NCBI RefSeq assembly: GCF_000011805.1
Contig: NC_006840.2
Origin: Aliivibrio fischeri ES114
GTDB taxonomy: Bacteria > Pseudomonadota > Gammaproteobacteria > Enterobacterales > Vibrionaceae
Length of the DNA stretch: 32,000 nt
Direction: 5' to 3' (one strand)
This document shows, piece after piece, positions 18,298 through 28,393 of this stretch. Every line of letters starts with the position of its first letter. Position 1 is the stretch's first letter. The position numbers and the translations under genes were made by a program. A model generated the notes under the pieces. The model had not been told where the DNA came from. It saw only the letters and a list, made by a program, of their open reading frames with translations, and made no database searches.

Positions 18298-20856
18298 TTA
18301 TTCTGTTGGCCAATCTTCTAAAGGAATAGGGCGACTGTAGAGGAAACCTTGAGCGTGATGATAATTGAGTGAAGCCAACAATTTAGCTTGTTCTTGTGTC
18401 TCAATACCTTCAGCAACCAGAGTAATATCAAATCCTTGGGTCATATTGCATACGGCTGCTGCAATAGATGAATCGATATTTTCAGCCGTCAAATCTTTGA
18501 TAAATGAACGGTCGACTTTTAATACATCAAATGGCAGTTTATGAATATAAGCAAGGGATGAATAACCCGTACCAAAATCATCAATGGCTATTTGCACACC
18601 TAAATCACGAATCTTCTGCATAGTATTAATGGTCGAATTATCATGATTCACTAAGCGTGATTCCGTAATTTCTAGGGTTAGATTTTCTGGAGCCATACTT
18701 GTATTGTGTAATACTGCTTTTAGTTCATCCAAAAAGTTATTTTGGGTTAGTTGGCAAACCGATAAATTTACGTGCATATGAAAATCAGCAGGCCATAGAC
18801 CTTGGTCAATACGCTCAACGGTATCTAAACAAGCTTGAGTTAACACTTGAGATCCCATAGGTATTATCATGCCGTTTTCTTCCGCTAACGGAATAAAATC
18901 TAATGGTGAAACCATTCCTCTTTGTGGGCTTAACCAGCGAATTAATGCTTCCGCACCGATGGTTTTTCCACTCTTTATATCAATTATTGGTTGGTAAAAA
19001 GGGACAAGCTCTTTGTTTTTAATGGCCAAAGACAGTTCAGCGGTCATATTTGCTTTATGTAATGAAGCCTCTGCCATTTCAGGAGTGTACAGTGACATAT
19101 TAAGGTTGTTCTTTTTCGCTTGGCCTAGAGCGATGCTGGCGTTTCTTAACCAAAGCGTCATGGAATCACAGCTTAAATCACCATAAACCAAACCTGTTGA
19201 TATGCTCAAAAGGGAGTTGTTTGATGCCACTCTAAATGGAGTCATAAAACAGCCTTCCATGTCTCGTGCATACTGTTTTAGTTGTTCGACATCATCGAGT
19301 TTTGAGAAGAACAGAGCGAATTCATCACCACCAACTCGAGCAATGGCAATGTTGTCATGAGCAAAGCTACACTGTAAGCGGTCACTGATGTTTTTGAGTA
19401 ATTGGTCGCCCTCTAAAATACCAAAGCTGTCATTGATATCTCTAAAATTATTAATCCCGATAACTAACAATCCTTGCTCATAATGCTCTTTTTTATCAAG
19501 CATGATTCGGCATTGTTCTATCAGTCCTTGTCGACTCAGAACTTGAGTTAAGGAGTCAAAGGTAATTTGCTGGCGCATTGCATCAAATGACGATTGGAGC
19601 TTATTGGTCATGTCATTAAACGCATTCATTAATAGTGTTGTTTCGTAAATGCTGCCTTGAGCTTCAACGTTATTATTCCAATTACCACTTGCGATATTAC
19701 GTGCTGCATTTGCAGTCGTAAAAATAGGTTTAGTCACTTGTGTAACAAGATAAACGCCCACAATTAACCCAATAGCCGCAAGAACGATGCCAAAAAATAA
19801 ACCACGGCGTTGCTCTTCTTGAAGGTGGCCAAGAAGGTCACTTTCCGATATTGAGATAACGATGTACCAATTTAAATTATTACCATCGATATAAGGGGTT
19901 ATTTGACTGAAGTAGCGCTCGCCTTTGTAGTAGAAAGAGAAAACTTCAGCATCATTATTTTTATTATTAATTAGCTGGTTGTTCTTAATGTAAGTCGCGC
20001 TTTGTTGAATGGTCTCATCACAACTTTCTACAGCAAACAAGCGTGAGCCAACAGGGCTATTTTGAGTACCGATGGACAATACACTTCCCACACTTGAGTG
20101 AGCGATTAAACGTTGTTGATCGTCAATTAGGTAAATAACGCCTTTGGTGTGCTTTGTTTCTTGAGATAAGAATTTATTAAATGAGTCCAGTTTTACATCT
20201 GCTGCAAAAACGCCAATAAAGTCCTCATCATAGAATACCGGGTGCATGGTTGAGATGGTGATTTCTTTTTTTTCATCGGCGTTAGTATAGATTTTAGACC
20301 AAGAGGGTTTAAATGTGGTCGCGGCAGGTTTGTACCAAGGGCGAGAGCGAGGGTCATAGTTTGCAATGACTGTGCGAATATTATCAGACATCTCGCTACC
20401 ACGATAAATAATAAGATCATCATTGGTTCTTTTATCTTGAAGCATCAGAGATAAACTAGCATTAGGCTCTCGGCGAAAACCTATGTATTCTTTTTTCTCC
20501 CCACCAAAAGAGAGAACGTCCATCTGTTCAAGACCAGTATAAATGCCTTCAAGGCTATCTTTTAAGAATTGTTGTAGCTGTTTAGTATCGTTAGGGTGAT
20601 ACATTTGATAGCGCTGAATTTGATTAACCATGCTTTTTACAGCAAAGTTAGGGGCGTTTAAAAAGATATTAAGATCGGCATGAGTATTTTGAGTGTAAGA
20701 GGCGAGTACTTTTTCGCTTACATCACCAACTAGCTTTTCGTAGCTATTATTTTGAGTATAAAAAACGATACTTAGCGTTACCAACAACACAGCAATAAAC
20801 GGAAGCATGACTGCGGTTCGTAAGGAAAATTGTTTTTTATGTGTTGGTTCTGTCAT
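18298..20856 (-). CDS. Membrane c-di-GMP protein: TM, dCache, TM, HAMP, GGDEF, EAL. Paralogue of 14345-16903.
   Basis: YDPRSRPWY Cache motif. RVGGDEF signature retained, but INN replaces the DxD metal site. Intact EAL set: EALIRW, DDFGTGYSS, KVDRSF, EGIE, QGF. Colinear with the other 852-aa ORF. Confidence 0.9.
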   Translation of the reverse strand: MTEPTHKKQFSLRTAVMLPFIAVLLVTLSIVFYTQNNSYEKLVGDVSEKVLASYTQNTHADLNIFLNAPNFAVKSMVNQIQRYQMYHPNDTKQLQQFLKDSLEGIYTGLEQMDVLSFGGEKKEYIGFRREPNASLSLMLQDKRTNDDLIIYRGSEMSDNIRTVIANYDPRSRPWYKPAATTFKPSWSKIYTNADEKKEITISTMHPVFYDEDFIGVFAADVKLDSFNKFLSQETKHTKGVIYLIDDQQRLIAHSSVGSVLSIGTQNSPVGSRLFAVESCDETIQQSATYIKNNQLINNKNNDAEVFSFYYKGERYFSQITPYIDGNNLNWYIVISISESDLLGHLQEEQRRGLFFGIVLAAIGLIVGVYLVTQVTKPIFTTANAARNIASGNWNNNVEAQGSIYETTLLMNAFNDMTNKLQSSFDAMRQQITFDSLTQVLSRQGLIEQCRIMLDKKEHYEQGLLVIGINNFRDINDSFGILEGDQLLKNISDRLQCSFAHDNIAIARVGGDEFALFFSKLDDVEQLKQYARDMEGCFMTPFRVASNNSLLSISTGLVYGDLSCDSMTLWLRNASIALGQAKKNNLNMSLYTPEMAEASLHKANMTAELSLAIKNKELVPFYQPIIDIKSGKTIGAEALIRWLSPQRGMVSPLDFIPLAEENGMIIPMGSQVLTQACLDTVERIDQGLWPADFHMHVNLSVCQLTQNNFLDELKAVLHNTSMAPENLTLEITESRLVNHDNSTINTMQKIRDLGVQIAIDDFGTGYSSLAYIHKLPFDVLKVDRSFIKDLTAENIDSSIAAAVCNMTQGFDITLVAEGIETQEQAKLLASLNYHHAQGFLYSRPIPLEDWPTE

Positions 20857-20972
20857 TGGCTATACACTGTGTTGTTCTGTGTTTTTTTAGATAAATGGTG
20901 CAACCGATATTATCTAAATAACTCAATTTGCTTATTATAGATATATCGGCAGCCATTACAGAATCTTCAGTT

Positions 20973-22376
20973 TTATTCCAACTCTTTTAATTTCCTTGTT
21001 AGTGTATTTCTTCCCCAACCAAGAAGTTTTGCGGCATCTTGTTTATGTCCATGCGTATGATGCAGAGCTTTATCTAATAAGATACGTTCAACATTTGGGA
21101 TCACTTTATTTAGAATATCTTCTTCACCTTTATTCAATTGATTTTCTACCCATGAACTGAGTTGTTCTTGCCAATCAGTGATTTGATGCTGCTGTTGCGG
21201 TATCGGTGTTGAGAATAATTCTGGCGGTAAATCAGAAGGCAACACTTCTTGGCTGCTTGCCATTACCGTTAACCAACGACAGGTATTTTCTAGTTGACGG
21301 ACATTACCAGGCCAGTCGCATTGGCTTAATTTATCACTGGCACTTTGGCTTAGTGTTTTACATTCGACAGCCAGCTCTTTTGCGGCTAAGCGTAAGAAAT
21401 GTTCTGCGAGTTTCTTTATGTCTTCACGCCTTTCTCTTAAGGCGGGAATATGAACTCTAATGACGTTTAGGCGATGGAATAAATCTTCTCTAAATTCACC
21501 ATCAGTCACTAGTTTCTCAAGATTTTGGTGAGTAGCTGCAATGATACGAACATCCACTTGAACCGGAGAGTGCCCACCAACACGATAAAATTGCCCATCA
21601 GCAAGAACACGCAGTAATCTGGTTTGAATATCTAATGGCATGTCTCCAATTTCATCTAAAAACAGCGTACCGCCATTAGCTTGCTCAAAGCGACCTTTTC
21701 GAACGGAGTTTGCACCTGTAAATGCGCCTTTCTCATGACCAAACAGTTCCGATTCAATTAAATCTTTAGGAATTGCTGCCATGTTAAGTGCGATAAATTC
21801 ATTATTTGCTCTTGGGCTATGTCGGTGTAGTGCGTGGGCAACCAATTCTTTACCAGTACCAGATTCACCATTAATTAAAACGGATATTGATGAGCGAGAT
21901 AAGCGTCCTATAGCTCTAAATACCTCTTGCATCGCGGGTGCTTCGCCAATGATCTCGGGAACATGATGCTCCTTTTTCGGAGTATTGATGCTCTGTTTTT
22001 TTTGTTCTTGGCTGTGCGCTAAAGCACGCTCTACTAACGTAAGGGTTTCATCAATATCAAAAGGTTTAGGGAGATATTCAAACGCCCCTTTTTGATAAGC
22101 ACTGACAGCCGCATCTAAGTCTGAGTGTGCCGTCATGATAATCACAGGTAATTCTGGGTAATTTTCTTGAATATGATGAAGAAGCGATAAGCCATCCATT
22201 CCCGGCATACGAATATCTGAAATAATCACATCAGGGACATTGCGCTCTAGTGCTTGAATGACACTTTCAGCATCACCAAAACTTTCACACATCATATTGG
22301 TGCTAGTTAAGGTCTTTTCTAATACCCAGCGAATTGAGCTGTCATCATCAACAACCCAGATAAATCCTTTACTCAT
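20973..22376 (-). CDS. glnG: Nitrogen regulation response regulator NtrC (sigma54 activator)
   Basis: Receiver domain ([18 protein letters not shown]), AAA+ Walker A GESGTGKE, sigma54-contact GAFTGA, and a C-terminal HTH. Confidence 0.95.
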   Translation of the reverse strand: MSKGFIWVVDDDSSIRWVLEKTLTSTNMMCESFGDAESVIQALERNVPDVIISDIRMPGMDGLSLLHHIQENYPELPVIIMTAHSDLDAAVSAYQKGAFEYLPKPFDIDETLTLVERALAHSQEQKKQSINTPKKEHHVPEIIGEAPAMQEVFRAIGRLSRSSISVLINGESGTGKELVAHALHRHSPRANNEFIALNMAAIPKDLIESELFGHEKGAFTGANSVRKGRFEQANGGTLFLDEIGDMPLDIQTRLLRVLADGQFYRVGGHSPVQVDVRIIAATHQNLEKLVTDGEFREDLFHRLNVIRVHIPALRERREDIKKLAEHFLRLAAKELAVECKTLSQSASDKLSQCDWPGNVRQLENTCRWLTVMASSQEVLPSDLPPELFSTPIPQQQHQITDWQEQLSSWVENQLNKGEEDILNKVIPNVERILLDKALHHTHGHKQDAAKLLGWGRNTLTRKLKELE

Positions 22377-22414
22377 AATTTTGCTTCTCCGTTATCCCTT
22401 TTGTGAGGTTATTT

Positions 22415-23473
22415 TTATTTGAGAGGGAGGTAAATGGTGAAAATGGTTTTTCCCGGCCAGCTAGAGACATCTATTTTCCCATTATGCTGATCGATTAAAT
22501 TTTGCGAGATAGATAATCCCAATCCTGTACCGCCTTCACGAGCACTAACCATAGGATAAAAAAGCGTATCTTGGATGTGGCTAGGGATCCCAGGGCCATT
22601 ATCAATAATGTCTATTTTTGCTGCGAGTTTATGACGTTGACCATAGATGTTGGTTTGGAAATCCGTTCTGGTTTTTAAGGTAATCGTACCGTCAGGTTGG
22701 TCTTTAAGAACTTCAGCTGCATTACTTACGATATTGAGAATGGCTTGCTCTATTTGCTCCGCATCTACGTCAAAATCGGGTAGGCTTGGGTCGTAATCTC
22801 GAATGATTTTTACTTGATAAGATGAATTTAATTCAATGAGTTGGCGAACTTTTTCAATGATAGCGTGCAAGTTTTCTGGCTGTTTTGTTCCGAGCTTTTG
22901 AGGACCCAGTAAACGGTCGACTAAATTTCGTAGACGGTCTGCTTGTTCAATAATGATTTGAGTATATTCATGAAGTTCACGTTCAGGCAGCATACGTTCT
23001 AGTAATTGTGCCGCTCCACGCAAACCGCCTAATGGATTTTTAATTTCATGCGCTAAGCTACGAACAAGAACCTTTGCGGCTTGTTGTTGTGCGTGTTGAT
23101 TAATCTCTTGAGATAGGCGTCTTTGCTGCTCTATTTGACGAATTTCAACCAATAAATAGAGGGATTTATTGATAGCAACTGGGCTAGAAGTTAGCTCGAT
23201 ATAAAGTGGTTGTTCATCAATCATGATACGAACATCACTGTCAGTCACACTTTGTCCTGTGTTCAATGGCAGCATGAGAGTGGATAAATCAAATTGCGGA
23301 GAGTGAAATAAATCATCAAAGGCGTGTTGAGCCATACGCTGAGCACTCTGAGAGAACAGTTGCTCAGCCGCAGGATTGGCATAATGAATTTGACGTTGAT
23401 CATCGAGCAATAAAATTGCTGTAACTTGGTGTTCGAGTAATTGAGTTGAGAAATCCATCGTTAACGCCATCAT
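22415..23473 (-). CDS. glnL: Nitrogen regulation sensor histidine kinase NtrB
   Basis: Colinear with E. coli NtrB: H-box LAHEIKNPLGGLRGAAQLL, IIEQADRLRNLVDRLLGPQ, DNGPGIP, GGTGLGLS. Confidence 0.95.
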   Translation of the reverse strand: MMALTMDFSTQLLEHQVTAILLLDDQRQIHYANPAAEQLFSQSAQRMAQHAFDDLFHSPQFDLSTLMLPLNTGQSVTDSDVRIMIDEQPLYIELTSSPVAINKSLYLLVEIRQIEQQRRLSQEINQHAQQQAAKVLVRSLAHEIKNPLGGLRGAAQLLERMLPERELHEYTQIIIEQADRLRNLVDRLLGPQKLGTKQPENLHAIIEKVRQLIELNSSYQVKIIRDYDPSLPDFDVDAEQIEQAILNIVSNAAEVLKDQPDGTITLKTRTDFQTNIYGQRHKLAAKIDIIDNGPGIPSHIQDTLFYPMVSAREGGTGLGLSISQNLIDQHNGKIDVSSWPGKTIFTIYLPLK

Positions 23474-23493
23474 CCTTATAGCAAATTAATAAA

Positions 23494-23510
23494 TGCACCA
23501 TCATGGTGCA
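23494..23510. promoter_or_regulatory. NtrC binding site (perfect palindrome) in the ntrB promoter region
   Basis: TGCACCATCATGGTGCA matches the TGCACC-N5-GGTGCA consensus on both halves. It lies 21 nt upstream of the ntrB start, analogous to the autoregulated glnLp of E. coli. Confidence 0.8.
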
Positions 23511-23549
23511 TCATACCTTGCTTTTTAGAATGGAACTATATGAATTCCT

Positions 23550-24086
23550 CTAGTTTGCAGACGGTCGGTGTAGATACACGGTGATAATAGGTGATGATGC
23601 AATTCTCTTGCCGTCTTTGGTAGCAACAACAGTAATAAGGTGGGTACCTCGATCTATGCCTGTTAGCTTCCACTCTGTTGATGCTTGAGGTAGGCCGTAA
23701 GGGGAACCATCAAGCATAAGCTGTAGTTTTTCATCAATGGATAACTTACGGTTTAAATCCGTTAGTACGGTGATGTGTCCACGAGAGCTTCGAATGGTTT
23801 CTTCTTGTTGCAAGTTGCTAAATGAAATCTCAAGCTTTTTGTCTTTTTTCTCTGGTGTTTTGGATTTGGCTTTTTTTGCGACAGGCTCTACGGATGTAGC
23901 CGTATCATCATAAGATTCCTCTAAAGGAACACTAGTAGATAAAGAGAGTTGTTTCGATTTGATGTTTGTTGGTGGTGGAGAATCACTGAAATGCCTTGTT
24001 CCATCACTGTCTTCCCACGTATACACCGTACCAGCAAAGGCAGATGTAGAGAATAAGATAAGAAATATAAGCTGTTTATAAGACAT
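23550..24086 (-). CDS. DUF4124-domain secreted protein
   Basis: Signal peptide, then VYTWEDSDGTRHFSDSPPP (the DUF4124 signature as I recall it). It sits between glnA and ntrB. Confidence 0.7.
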   Translation of the reverse strand: MSYKQLIFLILFSTSAFAGTVYTWEDSDGTRHFSDSPPPTNIKSKQLSLSTSVPLEESYDDTATSVEPVAKKAKSKTPEKKDKKLEISFSNLQQEETIRSSRGHITVLTDLNRKLSIDEKLQLMLDGSPYGLPQASTEWKLTGIDRGTHLITVVATKDGKRIASSPIITVYLHRPSAN

Positions 24087-24259
24087 ATTACCACCATGGA
24101 TGATGCGTTGCTGATCGAATTAACTGTCTTGGTTATTCAGTTAATTGGATTGCCATTATCTTATGACTTCATACGATACTACAGAGATGAAATCTCGAAC
24201 GGCTCTGTAAAGAAAACGAACCAAAACAGAGTGTTGCTTTTAAATCCTTTTTTGCCAAT

Positions 24260-24289
24260 ATAAAAAAGGCTCGCCTGTGAGGCGAGCCT
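24260..24289 (-). terminator. Rho-independent terminator of glnA
   Basis: 10-bp perfect stem AGGCTCGCCT / AGGCGAGCCT with a 3-nt loop, followed on the minus strand by TTTTTTA. It lies ~46 nt after the glnA stop. Confidence 0.8.
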
Positions 24290-24335
24290 AAAAATTAATC
24301 AATTCTTTACTTTAATCAGCAATAAATTGTGAATA

Positions 24336-25745
24336 TTAAACTGAGTAGTACATTTCAAACTCAAGTGGGTGAACTGCTGTATTGATTGCTTCCACATCTT
24401 GAGATTTAAGACCGATGTAAGAATCGATAAAGTCATCAGAGAATACGCCACCAGCGGTTAGGAACTCACGATCTTCGTCTAGTGCTTTAAGTGCGATATC
24501 TAGAGATTCTGCAACTGTTGGGATTTCTGCTGCTTCTTCCGCTGGAAGGTCATACAGATCTTTATCCATTGCTTCACCTGGGTGGATCTTGTTCTTAATA
24601 CCGTCAAGACCAGCCATTAGCATTGCTGAGTAGCATAGGTATGGGTTCGCTGCTGGGTCACCAAAACGAACTTCGATACGACGAGCTTTCGGGCTTGGTA
24701 CTACTGGGATACGGATAGATGCTGAACGGTTACGTGCAGAGTATGCAAGCATAACTGGTGCTTCAAAACCAGGTACAAGACGCTTGTATGAGTTAGTTGA
24801 TGGGTTAGCAAATGCGTTGATTGCACGAGCGTGTTTGATGATACCGCCAATGTAGTAGATAGCCAATTCAGATAGGCCGCCGTACTTATCGCCAGCAAAT
24901 AGGTTAACGCCATCTTTTGCTAGAGATTGGTGAACGTGCATACCAGAACCGTTATCACCAACAAGTGGCTTAGGCATAAATGTCGCTGTTTTACCAAATG
25001 CGTGTGCAACGTTATGTACAACGTATTTGTAGATTTGAGTTTCATCCGCTTTTGTTGTTAGCGTATTAAAGCGTGTAGCGATCTCATTTTGACCAGCAGT
25101 AGCAACTTCGTGGTGGTGTGCTTCAACAACAAGGCCCATTTCTTCCATGATTAAACACATAGCAGAACGGATGTCTTGAGATGAATCAACAGGTGCTACT
25201 GGGAAGTAACCGCCTTTAACACCAGGACGGTGACCTTTGTTACCGCCTTCGTATTCTGTACCTGAGTTCCAAGCTGCTTCGATGTCGTCAATCTTGAAGA
25301 AAGAACCAGACATGTCAGTGTTAAAACGTACATCATCAAATAGGAAGAATTCTGGCTCAGGACCGATTAGAACTGTGTCAGCAATACCAGTAGAGCGCAT
25401 GTATTCTTCAGAACGTTTAGCGATTGAACGTGGATCGCGATCGTAGCCTTGAAGTGTTGCTGGCTCTAGGATGTCACAACGAATGTTTAGTGTTGAGTCT
25501 TCTGTGAATGGGTCAAGAACCGCACTTGCTGGATCTGGCATCATTACCATGTCAGATTCGTTAATGCCTTTCCAGCCTGCAACTGAAGAACCATCAAACA
25601 TTTTGCCTTCTTCAAAGAAGTCCGCATCAATTTGGTGAGAAGGGATTGAGATATGTTGCTCTTTACCTTTTGTATCGGTAAAGCGCAAATCGATAAATTT
25701 AACTTCGTTCTCTTGAATCAGAGCTAGTACGTTTTCTACTGACAT
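24336..25745 (-). CDS. glnA: Glutamine synthetase type I
   Basis: 469 aa, colinear with enterobacterial GlnA, including the adenylylation-site context KDLYDLP. Confidence 0.97.
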   Translation of the reverse strand: MSVENVLALIQENEVKFIDLRFTDTKGKEQHISIPSHQIDADFFEEGKMFDGSSVAGWKGINESDMVMMPDPASAVLDPFTEDSTLNIRCDILEPATLQGYDRDPRSIAKRSEEYMRSTGIADTVLIGPEPEFFLFDDVRFNTDMSGSFFKIDDIEAAWNSGTEYEGGNKGHRPGVKGGYFPVAPVDSSQDIRSAMCLIMEEMGLVVEAHHHEVATAGQNEIATRFNTLTTKADETQIYKYVVHNVAHAFGKTATFMPKPLVGDNGSGMHVHQSLAKDGVNLFAGDKYGGLSELAIYYIGGIIKHARAINAFANPSTNSYKRLVPGFEAPVMLAYSARNRSASIRIPVVPSPKARRIEVRFGDPAANPYLCYSAMLMAGLDGIKNKIHPGEAMDKDLYDLPAEEAAEIPTVAESLDIALKALDEDREFLTAGGVFSDDFIDSYIGLKSQDVEAINTAVHPLEFEMYYSV

Positions 25746-25806
25746 GTAGGATAACCTCCGGTGTTATAATATAAATATTGGCCAGCTTAGCTGTTATAAA
25801 CTACAT

Positions 25807-25822
25807 TGCTAGAAGCATGCCA
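25807..25822 (-). promoter_or_regulatory. sigma54 (-24/-12) promoter of glnA (glnAp2-like)
   Basis: The minus strand reads TGGCATGCTTCTAGCA, i.e. GG-N10-GC with TGGCA and (T)AGCA elements. It is ~60 nt upstream of the start codon. GGAGG Shine-Dalgarno lies 8 nt before the ATG. Confidence 0.8.
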
Positions 25823-25840
25823 AAAGTAATAATCCATTAA

Positions 25841-25853
25841 TATCAATAACTTG
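25841..25853. promoter_or_regulatory. IHF-like site between the NtrC enhancer and the sigma54 promoter
   Basis: TATCAATAACTTG fits WATCAANNNNTTR. The position between enhancer and promoter is typical for sigma54 promoters. Confidence 0.5.
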
Positions 25854-25884
25854 ATTTTATTGATGCCTATTTAAAAATACGATT

Positions 25885-25922
25885 TGCACCATTTTGATCT
25901 CCGTTTGCACTATCTTGGTGCA
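25885..25922. promoter_or_regulatory. NtrC enhancer: one strong site and one half-site
   Basis: 25906-25922 is TGCACTATCTTGGTGCA (near-consensus). 25885-25891 is a TGCACCA half-site. Both are ~90-125 bp upstream of the sigma54 promoter. Confidence 0.75.
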
Positions 25923-26282
25923 AAGTAAAATCAAGTTATTAATTACTTCTAGGTGCTATTCAGCAGTTAAATCAAAAATTTGTCAATACGATTGATTTGA
26001 AAAGAGCGTAATGAAATGTATTTATTGCAGATAATTATTTGATCTTAAACTTCTTTTATTTTTTCCTTTTAAGAGGGAAGTAAAATCTTAGAAGGTAAAA
26101 ATAGAGTGCAAATTGACTGTTTTTTCATCGTTTTTGTGTGCTGTATTAAATTAATTTAAAAATAATTGTGTCTTTAATCACATATTTCGTGGGTTTTGCT
26201 CTAAAATCTGTTAAATTATTGACCGTTTTTAAACCAAGTAGTGCCAATGGTGGCTCTACACGCTCTGAGTGAATTTGAATCC

Positions 26283-28115
26283 ATGTCTACTCCACAGATT
26301 GATAAACTAAGAAATATCGCAATTATTGCGCACGTTGACCACGGTAAAACAACACTGGTTGATAAGCTATTACAACAATCAGGCACACTAGAATCTCGTG
26401 GTGAGACTGAAGAACGCGTAATGGACTCGAACGACATCGAGAAAGAGCGTGGTATTACGATCCTTGCAAAAAATACAGCGATTAACTGGAACGATCACCG
26501 TATCAACATCGTAGATACCCCTGGACACGCCGATTTCGGTGGTGAAGTTGAACGTATCATGTCAATGGTTGACTCTGTTCTTCTTATCGTTGACGCAGTT
26601 GACGGTCCAATGCCTCAAACTCGTTTCGTTACGCAAAAAGCTTTCGCACACGGTCTTAAGCCAATCGTTGTAATCAACAAGATTGACCGTCCAGGTGCTC
26701 GCCCTGATTGGGTTATGGACCAAGTATTCGACCTATTCGATAACTTAGGTGCAACTGACGAACAACTAGACTTCCAAGTAGTTTACGCTTCAGCTCTTAA
26801 CGGTTGGGCTACACTAGAAGAAGGTGAAACTGGCGAAAACATGGAACCACTGTTCCAAGCTATCGTTGATAACGTAGATGCTCCAAACGTTGACGTTGAC
26901 GGCGCACTACAAATGCAAGTTTCTCAACTAGATTACAACTCTTACGTAGGTGTTATCGGTGTTGCACGTGTTACTCGTGGTTCTGTTAAACCAAACCAAC
27001 AAGTAACTGTTGTAAGTGCTGACGGTTCTAAACGTAACGGTAAAGTAGGTACAGTATTAGGTTACCTAGGTCTTGAGCGTCACGAAGTTGAACAAGCTAA
27101 CGCTGGTGACATCATTGCAATTACAGGTCTTGGTGAGCTTAAAATCTCTGACACTATCTGTGACGTGAACAACGTTGAAGCGATGACTCCACTTTCTGTT
27201 GATGAACCAACAGTAACAATGACTTTCCAAGTAAACACTTCTCCGTTTGCTGGTAAAGAAGGTAAGTTCGTTACTTCACGTAACATCCTTGAGCGTCTAG
27301 AAAAAGAACTTGTTCATAACGTAGCACTACGTGTTGAGCAAACTGAAGATCCAGACAAATTCCGCGTATCAGGCCGTGGTGAACTTCACCTATCTATCCT
27401 GATCGAAAACATGCGTCGTGAAGGTTTCGAGCTAGCAGTATCTCGTCCAGAAGTTATCATCAAAAAAGATGAAAACGGCAACCTAACAGAACCATTTGAA
27501 ACCGTAACTATCGATGTTCTTGAAGAGCACCAAGGCGGTATCATGGAAAACATCGGTATCCGTAAAGGTGAACTAACTGATATGGCACCAGATGGTAAAG
27601 GCCGTGTTCGTATGGACTTTATGATGCCTTCTCGTGGTCTTATCGGTTTCCAAACTGAGTTCATGACTCTAACTTCAGGTTCTGGTCTTCTTTACCATAC
27701 GTTTGATCACTACGGTCCTCACAAAGGCGGTACTATCGGTCAACGTAACAATGGTGTTCTAATTTCGAACGCAACTGGTAAAGCACTGACTTACGCACTG
27801 TTTAACCTACAAGAACGTGGTCGTCTATTTACAGAGCACGCTGATGAAGTATACGAAGGTCAAGTTATCGGTATTCATAACCGTTCTAACGACCTTACAG
27901 TTAACTGTCTGAAAGGTAAGCAACTAACTAACGTTCGTGCTTCTGGTACAGATGATGCGCAAGTACTTTCTCCAGCAATCAAGTACACACTTGAGCAAGC
28001 TCTAGAGTTCATCGATGATGACGAACTAGTAGAAGTAACACCTGAAAGCATCCGTATCCGTAAGCGTCACCTTACAGAGAACGATCGTAAGCGTGCAGGT
28101 CGTGCACCTAAGTAA
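26283..28115 (+). CDS. typA: Translational GTPase TypA/BipA
   Basis: [37 protein letters not shown]. Colinear with E. coli BipA from the ATG at 26283. The track start at 26241 is an upstream extension. Confidence 0.97.
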   Translation: MSTPQIDKLRNIAIIAHVDHGKTTLVDKLLQQSGTLESRGETEERVMDSNDIEKERGITILAKNTAINWNDHRINIVDTPGHADFGGEVERIMSMVDSVLLIVDAVDGPMPQTRFVTQKAFAHGLKPIVVINKIDRPGARPDWVMDQVFDLFDNLGATDEQLDFQVVYASALNGWATLEEGETGENMEPLFQAIVDNVDAPNVDVDGALQMQVSQLDYNSYVGVIGVARVTRGSVKPNQQVTVVSADGSKRNGKVGTVLGYLGLERHEVEQANAGDIIAITGLGELKISDTICDVNNVEAMTPLSVDEPTVTMTFQVNTSPFAGKEGKFVTSRNILERLEKELVHNVALRVEQTEDPDKFRVSGRGELHLSILIENMRREGFELAVSRPEVIIKKDENGNLTEPFETVTIDVLEEHQGGIMENIGIRKGELTDMAPDGKGRVRMDFMMPSRGLIGFQTEFMTLTSGSGLLYHTFDHYGPHKGGTIGQRNNGVLISNATGKALTYALFNLQERGRLFTEHADEVYEGQVIGIHNRSNDLTVNCLKGKQLTNVRASGTDDAQVLSPAIKYTLEQALEFIDDDELVEVTPESIRIRKRHLTENDRKRAGRAPK

Positions 28116-28167
28116 TTCTTGATTCGGATTTAGCTTTTAGTTAAATCACAAATCTAATAAAATTTAA

Positions 28168-28203
28168 AATCCCTTTGTAGGCAACTACGAAGGGATTTTT
28201 TTT
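28168..28203 (+). terminator. Rho-independent terminator of typA
   Basis: AATCCCTTTGTAG-GCAA-CTACGAAGGGATT (one G.U pair) followed by TTTTTTT. Confidence 0.85.
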
Positions 28204-28393
28204 ATCTGTTATGATAATACCAACCCAAATAAGTAGATGATCATTCTTGCTTGTTAAAATAGCTTATAACAGCGTTATAAACTTTATAATTAGGCCCACT
28301 AGTTATTGCAGTTTATGCCTTGTTTTAATCTATTTTTCCTACGCAATATCTGGACACATACTTATTTGGATTGGTATATGTAAGAGTTGATAT

